Assembly: GCA_002753565.1 (NCBI GenBank)
Contig: PEAM01000002.1
Location: 138,783 to 202,782, forward strand
From: Magnetococcales bacterium
Lineage (GTDB): Bacteria; Pseudomonadota; Magnetococcia; Magnetococcales; JADFYX01
Direction of reading: 5' to 3'
DNA length: 64,000 nucleotides
In this document: positions 1 to 7,873 of the stretch, piece after piece
Position numbering within the stretch: the stretch's first letter is position 1
How the letters are laid out: each line of letters opens with the position of its first letter
Notes under the pieces: model-generated
Seen by the model: only the letters and a program-made list of their open reading frames with translations
The model's database searches: none
Told to the model about the DNA's origin: nothing
Made by a program: the position numbers and the translations under genes

Positions 1-19
1 TTGGTGTTCAGTGTATCCA

Positions 20-478
20 TCAACCCTTCAAGCCCAACTCCCGTTTGAAAATCGCCTTGTGGATATCCCCCAGACTGACAATGCCAACCAGCTTGTTACC
101 CGCTTCAACAACGGGAATACGACGAAATTTTTGGATGGCCATTTGCGAACCAGCCTTCATGATGGGATCGTCGGGTGAGACCGAAAAAACCCGTGGGGTC
201 ATCAATTCTCCCACTGTTTTAGACAGCACATCCTTATAGCTTTTCTCCATCCCTTCAAAATCCCGGCCTCGGATCGGGTCTCCCAAAAAATCGGAATAGC
301 TGGGTAGTAAAGCGTTAAGAATATCCTTCTCCGAAACTACACCCACCAAAGTATCTTCCCCTTCTACCACTGGCAAGCCACTGATTTTGTTGGTGCAAAT
401 GACCGCAGCAATGGTCCGGATGGAATCTTCCTTGCGTGCTACACGGACATTTTTGATCATAACGTCTTTAACGAGCAT
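20..478 (-). CDS. CBS-domain pair protein
   Basis: 152 aa ORF with an ATG start (cat 476-478). It has two CBS-like modules ('ISGLPVVEGEDTLVGVVSEKDIL' and 'FRRIPVVEAGNKLVGIVSLGDI'). Confidence 0.8.
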   Translation of the reverse strand: MLVKDVMIKNVRVARKEDSIRTIAAVICTNKISGLPVVEGEDTLVGVVSEKDILNALLPSYSDFLGDPIRGRDFEGMEKSYKDVLSKTVGELMTPRVFSVSPDDPIMKAGSQMAIQKFRRIPVVEAGNKLVGIVSLGDIHKAIFKRELGLKG

Positions 479-583
479 ATTCGGTATCCCTCCATTTTTC
501 AGGTTTTACATAATGTTTTGCATCATAATATTTAATCGAGAACTAGGCCATAAAAACAATTTTGTCAGCAAAAGTCCAGTGAA

Positions 584-1057
584 TTACAAAAATATTTTCC
601 TATCGTTCTCCTGAACCCGTCTGCTCATCACCACCGCATCCTCAGCCAGGGGAGGGGCCTTATAGTACCCCTCGCGAATATAGAGGGTTTCAAATCCCAT
701 CTTTTTATACAGAGTCAAGGCAGAGACATTGGAAGCTCGAACCTCCAGCAACACAGAGCGATTATAACCTAAAGCCGCTTTACGGATCACATCAGCCACC
801 AACTGAAACCCATACCCCTGCCGCTGGAACTCCCTGGCTACCCCAACCGTGAGAAGATGCCACTCATCCACCTGAAGCCGAGAGATGCCATAGCCGACAA
901 CCACACCATACTCATTCATCAGTAGACGGCAAAAAGAGCGAAGTCGCAGCTCCTCTTTGAACATTGACACAGACCAAGGCCGCTGAGCAAGCTTGAAATC
1001 CAACGCTGAGACCCGCTCCAGATGTTTTTCCTCCATATTCAGCAACGAAACGCGCAT
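584..1057 (-). CDS. rimI: Ribosomal-protein-alanine N-acetyltransferase (GNAT family)
   Basis: 157 aa with a GNAT acetyl-CoA motif ('VGVAREFQRQGYGFQLV'). It starts 3 nt after the tsaB stop, matching the conserved tsaB-rimI pairing. Confidence 0.75.
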   Translation of the reverse strand: MRVSLLNMEEKHLERVSALDFKLAQRPWSVSMFKEELRLRSFCRLLMNEYGVVVGYGISRLQVDEWHLLTVGVAREFQRQGYGFQLVADVIRKAALGYNRSVLLEVRASNVSALTLYKKMGFETLYIREGYYKAPPLAEDAVVMSRRVQENDRKIFL

Positions 1058-1060
1058 TTT

Positions 1061-1780
1061 CTACAGTCCTCTCTTTTTTGCTACGGCATCGGGTCGGCGC
1101 AAATAGAGAGGTTGCAACCCTTCAGCATGATCAGCCCCACGCTGTTTGAATCGGTGTTGAGCCAGCCGGCCGATCAAAACCGGATCGGGATGCCAAGCCG
1201 AATCCGGAGCTGGGCGGAAACGGTCTCCCAGCGCCTTTTGAAAGAGATCGCCATACACACCCAGCCCTGACCCGTTGAAAAAGAGTGGTGCCGAACCCAG
1301 GCTCTCATCCTCTGCCAGGGATCTGGCCAGGGTAGCCGGGTCGGCAATGTGAGAGGGGCGAACCGATTCGGGGAACCCTTGAGCAGAGAGACGAAACAGC
1401 TCAAAAAACAGCTCTTTTCTTCGTGCATCCAAAAGAGAGACAATCCAAGCCCCCTCTTTGACGCCGGCCCCGCTGCCCATGGCAACAACCTCCAAGGTGG
1501 AGAGACCGATAACCGCAACCTGCTGTCCCAAAGCCAACCCTTTGGCCACCCCCAAGGCGATGCGTAATCCGGTAAAAGAGCCTGGTCCCAAGGTGACCGC
1601 TACCAACCCCACCTCTTCCATACGCCATTTGGCCTCCCTGAGCAGGCGGGTAATCTCCTGGGGCAGGGAGACCACATGAGTGCCCGGCTCCAACAGTCGA
1701 GAACTCAAAACCGGTACTCCCTTGTCCAACAGAGCCACCGACCCCTGTTGACCTACCGTATCCATGGCTAAAATCCGCAT
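1061..1780 (-). CDS. tsaB: tRNA threonylcarbamoyladenosine (t6A) biosynthesis protein TsaB (YeaZ)
   Basis: 239 aa. 'MRILAMDTV..GSVALL' and 'GPGSFTGLRIALGVAKGLA' are typical of TsaB/YeaZ. Confidence 0.85.
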   Translation of the reverse strand: MRILAMDTVGQQGSVALLDKGVPVLSSRLLEPGTHVVSLPQEITRLLREAKWRMEEVGLVAVTLGPGSFTGLRIALGVAKGLALGQQVAVIGLSTLEVVAMGSGAGVKEGAWIVSLLDARRKELFFELFRLSAQGFPESVRPSHIADPATLARSLAEDESLGSAPLFFNGSGLGVYGDLFQKALGDRFRPAPDSAWHPDPVLIGRLAQHRFKQRGADHAEGLQPLYLRRPDAVAKKRGL

Positions 1781-1808
1781 TGTTTTATCATCAAACCTTT
1801 TTTATGAG

Positions 1809-3827
1809 CTAATATCCGTTTTTACTTTCTTCTGTTGGCTCATCCACCCGCTTCTGATCCCTGCCATCAGGAGGGGGATCTTCAGAAAAAAACTGCCGAA
1901 CCGCCTGTCGGTCATGGGTAAGCGGAATGGGGGGCAGTCCAGAGAAAAACCGTTTGCCATACCACTTGCTGACAATCCGCCCATCTAAAACCACCATCAC
2001 ACCTCGGTCGCTACCTCGGCGCAGCAGCCGCCCCAGACCCTGTTTTAGCGAAATGATGGCCCGAGGAACCGACATCACATTGAAAGGGTTGAGCTTTTGT
2101 GACGCGATCCACTGCCCCCGTGCCGCCACCAGTGGGTCCCCCGGAGAGGCAAAGGGGAGTCGGTCGACCACCACCATCGAGAGAGATTCACCCGGAATGT
2201 CCACCCCCTCCCAAAAACTGGCAACCCCCAACAGAACCGATGAGATATCAGCTTTAAACCGCTCAAGCAAGGCCCCTTTGGTCTGATCACCCTGAACCAG
2301 AAGGGTGTAGGGTAGCTGTTGCTGCAGGGCGGCCCGAACCGACTCCATCATTCGCAGACTGGTAAAAAGGCAGAGAGCCCGACCCCGACTGAGCTGTAGT
2401 AGATTGTTGATCTCCTGGGCCACAGCCGCCGGATAGGCGGGATGGTTGGGTTCTGGTAGATCATTGGGGACAAAAAGCAGCGCTTGGCGGCTGTAGTTGA
2501 AGGGGGGAGGAAGCTGCTCCTTGACCACCTTCTCCCCCGCCAACCCCAACTGCTCTTCAAAAAAGGCAAAGCCCTTTTTACCCGATCCGGTTACCAAGGT
2601 AGCCGACGTAAAAATAACGGATTTAAGCGTAGGATAGAGCAACGCCCGCAGAGTTGGTCCGGTCTCCAGGGGAGAGGCGTGGAGAAAAACACCCCGGCCC
2701 CGTGTTTCAAACCAGTGGACCCGGCTTACATCCCCCAGAGAGCGGATGCGACCAGAGATCTCCAACAGCTCCTCAGCCCGGCGAAAAAGAGCAGACAGGG
2801 TTACGCTGCGTATCCGGTGCGGCTCCAGCACCTGCCGATAGTGATAGAGGGCCTCCTCCACCGCCACCATGGCCCGCCCCGGCTCCCCCTCCACATCAGC
2901 AGCCAACAACCCATCCCGACAATCTTCAACCGGAAAGGCAGCCCGCAGCCGGTGGGCCGCCTCCTCCAACCCCGGCAGGGTATCGTAGAGCAGAGGATCG
3001 TCTGCTCCGATCTCTTCATACTCCCGTCGGCTATCCTGAATCAATTCGCGTATTTTATAGTTGCTGATCTCCCAGCCAAAAAAGGTGGTGACCACATCGG
3101 GGATCCGGTGGGCCTCATCAAACACCACCACCTCATGCCGGGGAAGAATCTCCCCAAATCCCCCCTCCTTAACGGCTAGATCCGCAAAAAAAAGGTGGTG
3201 ATTGACCACCACCAGATCCACCTTTTTGGCCTGATTTCTGGCCCGGTTCAAAAAACAAGCGTCATACTCTTCACATTGTCGACCCACACAGTGATCTCCC
3301 CCGGCACTGATCTCATACCAAAAAGAGAGCCGCTCCGGCATCTGGGTCAGCTCATCCCGATCCCCTGTACAGGTCTCCCCCACCCACCCTTTAACCCGCT
3401 CCAGCCAGATTTTCTCTTTGGGCTGCACCCCTCCACCCAGGCTGAAAGAGCGAAACCGTAACAGGCAGAGATAGTTGCCCCGCCCTTTTAAGGAGGCAAA
3501 GGTAAAGGGGGTTCGCATCACCCGCCGGACCATGGGAAGATCTTTGCCGATAATCTGGTCTTGGAGCGCCTTGGTGGCGGTAGCCACAATCACCTTCTGG
3601 CCCAGAGCCAGCAGAGGGAGCAGATAGGCCAGGGTCTTGCCGGTACCGGTTGCCGCCTCCACCATCAAGGCCCCTTCGGACAGGACGATATCCGCCACCT
3701 GCCGGGCCATGTGCACCTGAACCGCTCGTGACTCATAAAAAGGGATGGTTTGCGAGAGCAGACTCTCCGGGCCAAAAAGGGTCTCAATCAGGTGGTCTGT
3801 TTCACTCCGCGGCTCTCTCTGGCTCAT
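1809..3827 (-). CDS. dinG: DinG/XPD-family ATP-dependent DNA helicase (Fe-S type)
   Basis: 672 aa with Walker A 'ATGTGKTLAYLLP', DEAH box 'VVFDEAHRI' and a Cys cluster '..CTGD..DHCVGRQCEEYDAC..'. Its ATG overlaps the stop of the upstream gene (ATGA at 3824-3827). Confidence 0.85.
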   Translation of the reverse strand: MSQREPRSETDHLIETLFGPESLLSQTIPFYESRAVQVHMARQVADIVLSEGALMVEAATGTGKTLAYLLPLLALGQKVIVATATKALQDQIIGKDLPMVRRVMRTPFTFASLKGRGNYLCLLRFRSFSLGGGVQPKEKIWLERVKGWVGETCTGDRDELTQMPERLSFWYEISAGGDHCVGRQCEEYDACFLNRARNQAKKVDLVVVNHHLFFADLAVKEGGFGEILPRHEVVVFDEAHRIPDVVTTFFGWEISNYKIRELIQDSRREYEEIGADDPLLYDTLPGLEEAAHRLRAAFPVEDCRDGLLAADVEGEPGRAMVAVEEALYHYRQVLEPHRIRSVTLSALFRRAEELLEISGRIRSLGDVSRVHWFETRGRGVFLHASPLETGPTLRALLYPTLKSVIFTSATLVTGSGKKGFAFFEEQLGLAGEKVVKEQLPPPFNYSRQALLFVPNDLPEPNHPAYPAAVAQEINNLLQLSRGRALCLFTSLRMMESVRAALQQQLPYTLLVQGDQTKGALLERFKADISSVLLGVASFWEGVDIPGESLSMVVVDRLPFASPGDPLVAARGQWIASQKLNPFNVMSVPRAIISLKQGLGRLLRRGSDRGVMVVLDGRIVSKWYGKRFFSGLPPIPLTHDRQAVRQFFSEDPPPDGRDQKRVDEPTEESKNGY

Positions 3828-5449
3828 CCGAAAAGACCAACCTCTGTCATACCCTCTTTGCCATCCCCGTAGCAGGCCCGATTTTTGCCGGCTTTTTTGG
3901 CCTGATACATGCGTTGATCTGCCAGGGCGATAAATTGGGAGAGTCGACTGGGTCTGTCGGTCAAAAACTCGGCAACCCCCACACTGGCGGTGATGGGTTT
4001 GCCATCGGGTCGAAAGCCGAGATTATTGGGTTTGCAGACGCGGCGGATGAAGGTGGAGACATCCTCCACCTCGGCAAGGGGCATCAGGGCCAAAAACTCC
4101 TCCCCTCCCCAGCGGACGACCAGGTCTACCTTGCGGGTGGAGCGCTCCAGTGCCGCCGTCATGGTTTTCAGGGTCTCATCTCCTGCTTCGTGACCATACA
4201 GATCATTGACGGACTTGAAGTTATCCAGATCGAAAAAAAGGATCAGCAGCGGGGTGTCGCTGCGCCGGGCCAGAAAAAAATATTTATCCATCAACTCCTG
4301 TCCAGCCGCCCGGTTATAGGCACCTGTCAGGGGGTCCCTAGAGGTTTTGTTGACCAGTTCGCACCAAAAATGTAGCTGACTTACCGCCGCCAAAATGGCA
4401 ATGGCGACAATCAGCAGAAGCAGCCAGAAAATACCCAAACTCCCGTCGCTGCCGGTCAAGGGGGTTGTGCTCTGCATGGCATAGATCTGGGTCAGAAGAG
4501 CGGGCAGAGCCAGGAGCGCCCCCTCCAAGACGGTGAGAGGAAAAATGCTGATGCCGGCCGCCATGACAAAAGGCAAAAACAGATAGCCGGTCACCAGGCC
4601 GGCGGAAAAGCCATCGACCGGTAGGGTGTGGCTGGCGAAAAGAAGGTTGGTCATGGCAAAAAAGAGGGAGGGAATCAAAAAAAGCAGGCCCAAAGCAACA
4701 TAGGCCTGGGCCATTCGGTCGGACTTCTCCCAAAAAAGAGCCAACAGAAGAAAACCAACCGTGGCCACCATTCTTCCCCCCGCCAGTTTCATGGCCAGAT
4801 CCGTCGGCAGGAAGAGAAAGTCAAAAATAATCCAGACTGGCGTCATCACCGCAAACAGAGCCGCCAGAAGCCGAATGCGCGAGATGAGAAGCTGCGCCCG
4901 GTAGGATTTGAGCAGATTGCTGTGCTGCCAGGGAACCAGCAGATCGTGGAGAGTGGTGTCGGATTGACTGAAGACCCGTTCGACAAAGTGCAAAAATCGC
5001 CGCTTCAACTGCCGCCAAAAAGAGGGGCTGTCACCATCCCATTTTTTGTGCAGAAACCGACTCAGCTCCCGATCCGGCCCGACAACATGTTGAATCAGCC
5101 AGTTGGAGAGAAAGTGGTCGACCAGAGCCACCCGGCGCTGTGGCACTTTTTCTGATGTGAGGGTCTCCTCCAGGGCATGACTCTCTTTGATAAACTGTCT
5201 GTGTTCTTCTCGATGAGAGGCCACATCCGGGAACTGGTTGTCCCGCATCAGATGTTCTTCGGTTTGAAAATTTTTATTGGCCTGGCTGCGCAGTTCGGAG
5301 AGAAGTCCGGCGGTCGTTGCATCCAGACAGCCGTCCAAAAGAGCCTGGCGCAGGGTCTCCAACCCTTTGATCATAACCTGATGCTCTTGATCGATCTCTT
5401 CGATCCCCAACGATAAATCCTGCTTGGTTAATGGTGCGTCTTTTCCCAT
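3824..5449 (-). CDS. Hemerythrin-like domain / multi-TM / GGDEF diguanylate cyclase
   Basis: 541 aa. The N-terminus has hemerythrin motifs ('IDQEHQVM', 'FQTEEHLM', 'SHREEHRQF', 'IQHVVGPD'), followed by about 6 hydrophobic helices. The C-terminus is a GGDEF domain ('DPLTGAYNR', 'RWGGEEFLAL'). Confidence 0.85.
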   Translation of the reverse strand: MGKDAPLTKQDLSLGIEEIDQEHQVMIKGLETLRQALLDGCLDATTAGLLSELRSQANKNFQTEEHLMRDNQFPDVASHREEHRQFIKESHALEETLTSEKVPQRRVALVDHFLSNWLIQHVVGPDRELSRFLHKKWDGDSPSFWRQLKRRFLHFVERVFSQSDTTLHDLLVPWQHSNLLKSYRAQLLISRIRLLAALFAVMTPVWIIFDFLFLPTDLAMKLAGGRMVATVGFLLLALFWEKSDRMAQAYVALGLLFLIPSLFFAMTNLLFASHTLPVDGFSAGLVTGYLFLPFVMAAGISIFPLTVLEGALLALPALLTQIYAMQSTTPLTGSDGSLGIFWLLLLIVAIAILAAVSQLHFWCELVNKTSRDPLTGAYNRAAGQELMDKYFFLARRSDTPLLILFFDLDNFKSVNDLYGHEAGDETLKTMTAALERSTRKVDLVVRWGGEEFLALMPLAEVEDVSTFIRRVCKPNNLGFRPDGKPITASVGVAEFLTDRPSRLSQFIALADQRMYQAKKAGKNRACYGDGKEGMTEVGLFG

Positions 5450-5661
5450 GGTTATTCACTAGCAATAGATAGCAGAAAAAAATAAGGCATTTCCCAACCC
5501 CACAATCCCAACCCAGATGACCCGACAAGCCTCTGGAGTACACCATGAAAGATACAATAAAAACCGGTAGAAAGGATAGGATTCATACTTTGACAAGAGG
5601 AGAAACACCAAAAAAGAGGGCAACCAACAAACACAAGTGACGAAACAGCAGCCGCGATGCT

Positions 5662-6348
5662 ATGTTAAAGGCACCTTTCCACCCCCTATCAGGGCTGATC
5701 GATCCCATGGACTCGTCTACTCCGAAAGCCGCCACCCTTTTTCCCCTCTGCGACCTGTTTGTCTCCATTCAAGGGGAGGGTCGATGGAGTGGTCGACCTA
5801 TGATTTTTTTGCGTTTTTGGGGCTGCCCTCTGGCCTGTTCCTGGTGTGATGAACCACGGCACAAAGATCCCCAAACCCGACAGGATTTGAGTCTGGATGA
5901 ACTCCTGATTGCCCTGGATCAAATTGCCCCCTCCCTCCCCTCTGTTCTGCTAACCGGCGGCGAGCCTCTGGGGGTAGACCACCTGCCAGTGTTGATTGAC
6001 GCCCTGAAAAAGAGGGGAAAATGGCTGGCCATGGAGAGTAGCGGTATAGGGGGAGAGATTCCCGAGGGTCTGGACTGGTTGACCATCAGCCCCAAAAAAG
6101 CGCTGCCGGCCGAGATCATGGAGGCTTCTGACGAGCTGAAATTTATTGTCGGCCCCAACCCCTCAGCCAGCCAACAGCAGGAGATCGACCGGTGGGCCGC
6201 TCGCCATCCCAACGTCTGGTTACAGCCTCGGGCCGACGGCGATCAACCCAATGCCGCCGCCACCGCCACCGCCCTCCAGTGGGTGCTGGCATCGGAAGGG
6301 CGACTGCAGTTGTCGGTTCAACAGCACAAATACCTCAACATCCCATGA
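5662..6348 (+). CDS. queE: 7-carboxy-7-deazaguanine synthase (radical SAM)
   Basis: 228 aa with 'VSIQGEGRWSGRPMIFLRFWGCPLACSWCDE' (CX3CX2C radical-SAM cluster). An alternative ATG at 5707 ('MDSSTP..') would give a more typical N-terminus. Confidence 0.8.
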   Translation: MLKAPFHPLSGLIDPMDSSTPKAATLFPLCDLFVSIQGEGRWSGRPMIFLRFWGCPLACSWCDEPRHKDPQTRQDLSLDELLIALDQIAPSLPSVLLTGGEPLGVDHLPVLIDALKKRGKWLAMESSGIGGEIPEGLDWLTISPKKALPAEIMEASDELKFIVGPNPSASQQQEIDRWAARHPNVWLQPRADGDQPNAAATATALQWVLASEGRLQLSVQQHKYLNIP

Positions 6349-6977
6349 AACCCCCCCTGCCCAAACTGCTGCTCATCACCGACCGCACGGTCTGCCCTAA
6401 CCTGGAACAGGGGGTAGCTGGGGCCTTGCGAGGGGGGGTGAGACATCTGCTGTTAAGAGAGAAAAACCGCCTCTCCCCCAAAGAGCATAACCAGCGGCTG
6501 CACCAGTGGACCAAAAAGCTCCTGCCACTGACAGAGCTGTTCAAGGCCCACTTGTTAATCTCTGCATCCCTGGAGGTTGCCTTGGATTTTCCCGGAGTTG
6601 GCCTGCATCTGCCGGAGTCTGGCATTGCCACAGAGCTGGCCCGGCAAAAGCTGGGGCCGGACCGGCTGCTGGGGCGCTCCTGCCACAACCTGAGCGGGGC
6701 ACTGACCGCCCTGGAACAGGGGGCCGATTATCTGACGCTCTCGCCTCTGTTTGCCACCCAATCCCACCCCAAAGCCACCCCTCTGGGGCTGGAGAAGTTT
6801 ACCCGGATCCGAGCAGCCATTCCCGGCCCGGTTCTCGCCCTGGGTGGAATCGATGCCAAAAACCTCCCCTTGGCGTTGCAGACGGGGGCCCATGGGGTTG
6901 CTCTGATTCGGGCCGTTCTTTCCGCCCCCTCTCCTGAGAATGCGTCTTATTCTCTGTTAAAATTAATGAACCATTAA
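6345..6977 (+). CDS. thiE: Thiamine-phosphate synthase
   Basis: I placed the start at the internal ATG 6345 ('MKPPLPKLLLITDR'), which overlaps the queE stop (ATGA). Motifs 'GADYLTLSPLFAT' and 'PVLALGGI' fit ThiE. The longer ORF from 6192 runs inside queE. Confidence 0.8.
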   Translation: MKPPLPKLLLITDRTVCPNLEQGVAGALRGGVRHLLLREKNRLSPKEHNQRLHQWTKKLLPLTELFKAHLLISASLEVALDFPGVGLHLPESGIATELARQKLGPDRLLGRSCHNLSGALTALEQGADYLTLSPLFATQSHPKATPLGLEKFTRIRAAIPGPVLALGGIDAKNLPLALQTGAHGVALIRAVLSAPSPENASYSLLKLMNH

Positions 6978-7030
6978 TGGTTGTTACGGTAGGTTCTTTG
7001 GTAAAATTGCTACAAAAAGTTACTTTTCTG

Positions 7031-7058
7031 TTGATTACTACGAGACCTCCTATAGAAT
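7031..7058 (+). promoter_or_regulatory. Putative sigma70-type promoter of the che operon
   Basis: TTGATT (7031-7036), a 16-nt spacer, then TAGAAT (7053-7058), about 80 nt upstream of the STAS gene start. This is pattern matching only. Confidence 0.3.
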
Positions 7059-7139
7059 GGTGTGTCTTTTTACGATTGGTACTTTTCATTTTTGTGGTAC
7101 CCTTTACTCATGGTACACGACTTTTAATGGGGAAGATGG

Positions 7140-7478
7140 ATGATCGATTTTTCGATTGATGAATCCAGCTCCACGGGGACACTGACGCTTTCCGGTGATT
7201 TGAGCATCCAATTTGCAGCTACCCTCAAGGAGACGCTGCTGGATGGAATCAGTAACGCCGATAGCATGGTGATCAACATGGAACAGGTTGATCGAATTGA
7301 TCTTTCAACCGTACAGCTTCTTTGTGCAGCGCACCGGGCTTTAAAAAAAGCCAACAAAAAACTGGTGATAGCCGGAGGCATATCAAAAGCCGTCAAAGAG
7401 ACCATCGCAGAGGCCGGGTTTATCGGCTGCATGGGAGACGGCGACTCAAGTGGATTATGGACTGAGGAGAGAAATTAA
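7140..7478 (+). CDS. STAS-domain protein (anti-sigma-factor-antagonist-like), first gene of che operon
   Basis: 112 aa. 'LTLSGDLSIQFAATLKETL....MEQVDRIDLSTVQLLCAAHRAL' matches the STAS/SpoIIAA-like pattern. Its stop TAA is immediately followed by the cheY ATG. Confidence 0.7.
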   Translation: MIDFSIDESSSTGTLTLSGDLSIQFAATLKETLLDGISNADSMVINMEQVDRIDLSTVQLLCAAHRALKKANKKLVIAGGISKAVKETIAEAGFIGCMGDGDSSGLWTEERN

Positions 7479-7844
7479 ATGGCCAAGAAGATAATGACGG
7501 TAGACGATTCCTCTAGCGTCAGACAGATGGTGGGGCTCACCCTCAAAGGGGCGGGATATGAGGTTGTTGAAGGGGTGGATGGTCAAGATGCGTTGACCAA
7601 ACTCAAGGCCTCTCCGGTGGATATGGTGGTGACCGATCTCAACATGCCCAATATGGACGGCATCACCCTGATCAAAGAGTTACGCAAACTGCCTCAGTAC
7701 AAATTTACCCCCATCGTCATGTTGACGACCGAATCCCAGGGGAGCCGCAAACTGGAGGGGAAGCAGGCTGGTGCGACGGGTTGGATTGTCAAACCATTCA
7801 AGCCACCTCAGTTGCTGGGCGTTATTAAAAAAGTTCTGGGTTAA
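7479..7844 (+). CDS. cheY: Chemotaxis response regulator CheY
   Basis: 121 aa single receiver domain with 'IMTVDDSSSVR', 'VVTDLNMPNMDG' and 'GWIVKPF'. Confidence 0.9.
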   Translation: MAKKIMTVDDSSSVRQMVGLTLKGAGYEVVEGVDGQDALTKLKASPVDMVVTDLNMPNMDGITLIKELRKLPQYKFTPIVMLTTESQGSRKLEGKQAGATGWIVKPFKPPQLLGVIKKVLG

Positions 7845-7873
7845 TCTTTCAGCATGGATGAGGATCTCCCGAC

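Noticed and set aside
1-20. A possible start of another minus-strand gene. 'cat' at 18-20 overlaps the CBS gene stop and would give ATGA coupling.
   Set aside because: Only about 20 nt lie inside the window, so nothing can be supported.
2654-3067. A proline-rich 137-aa plus-strand ORF ('PPPPPWPAPAPPPHQQP').
   Set aside because: It is the antisense frame of the well-supported DinG helicase gene, and the proline runs derive from GGN/CCN codon complements.
5450-5661. A possible preQ1 or TPP riboswitch upstream of queE-thiE.
   Set aside because: I could not find the conserved TPP 'CUGAGA' core or a compact preQ1-type hairpin with an A-rich tail in the 212-bp leader. A covariance-model scan (Rfam) would be needed to be sure.
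6192-6344. N-terminal extensions offered by the ORF track. They are thiE from 6192, the second pqiA from 26766, bioH from 39871, gap from 17716, rhodanese from 18490, tkt from 20899 and the secreted protein from 43618.
   Set aside because: The extensions overlap the preceding gene or lack homology. Internal ATG/GTG starts give canonical N-termini, usually with an RBS or a stop/start overlap.
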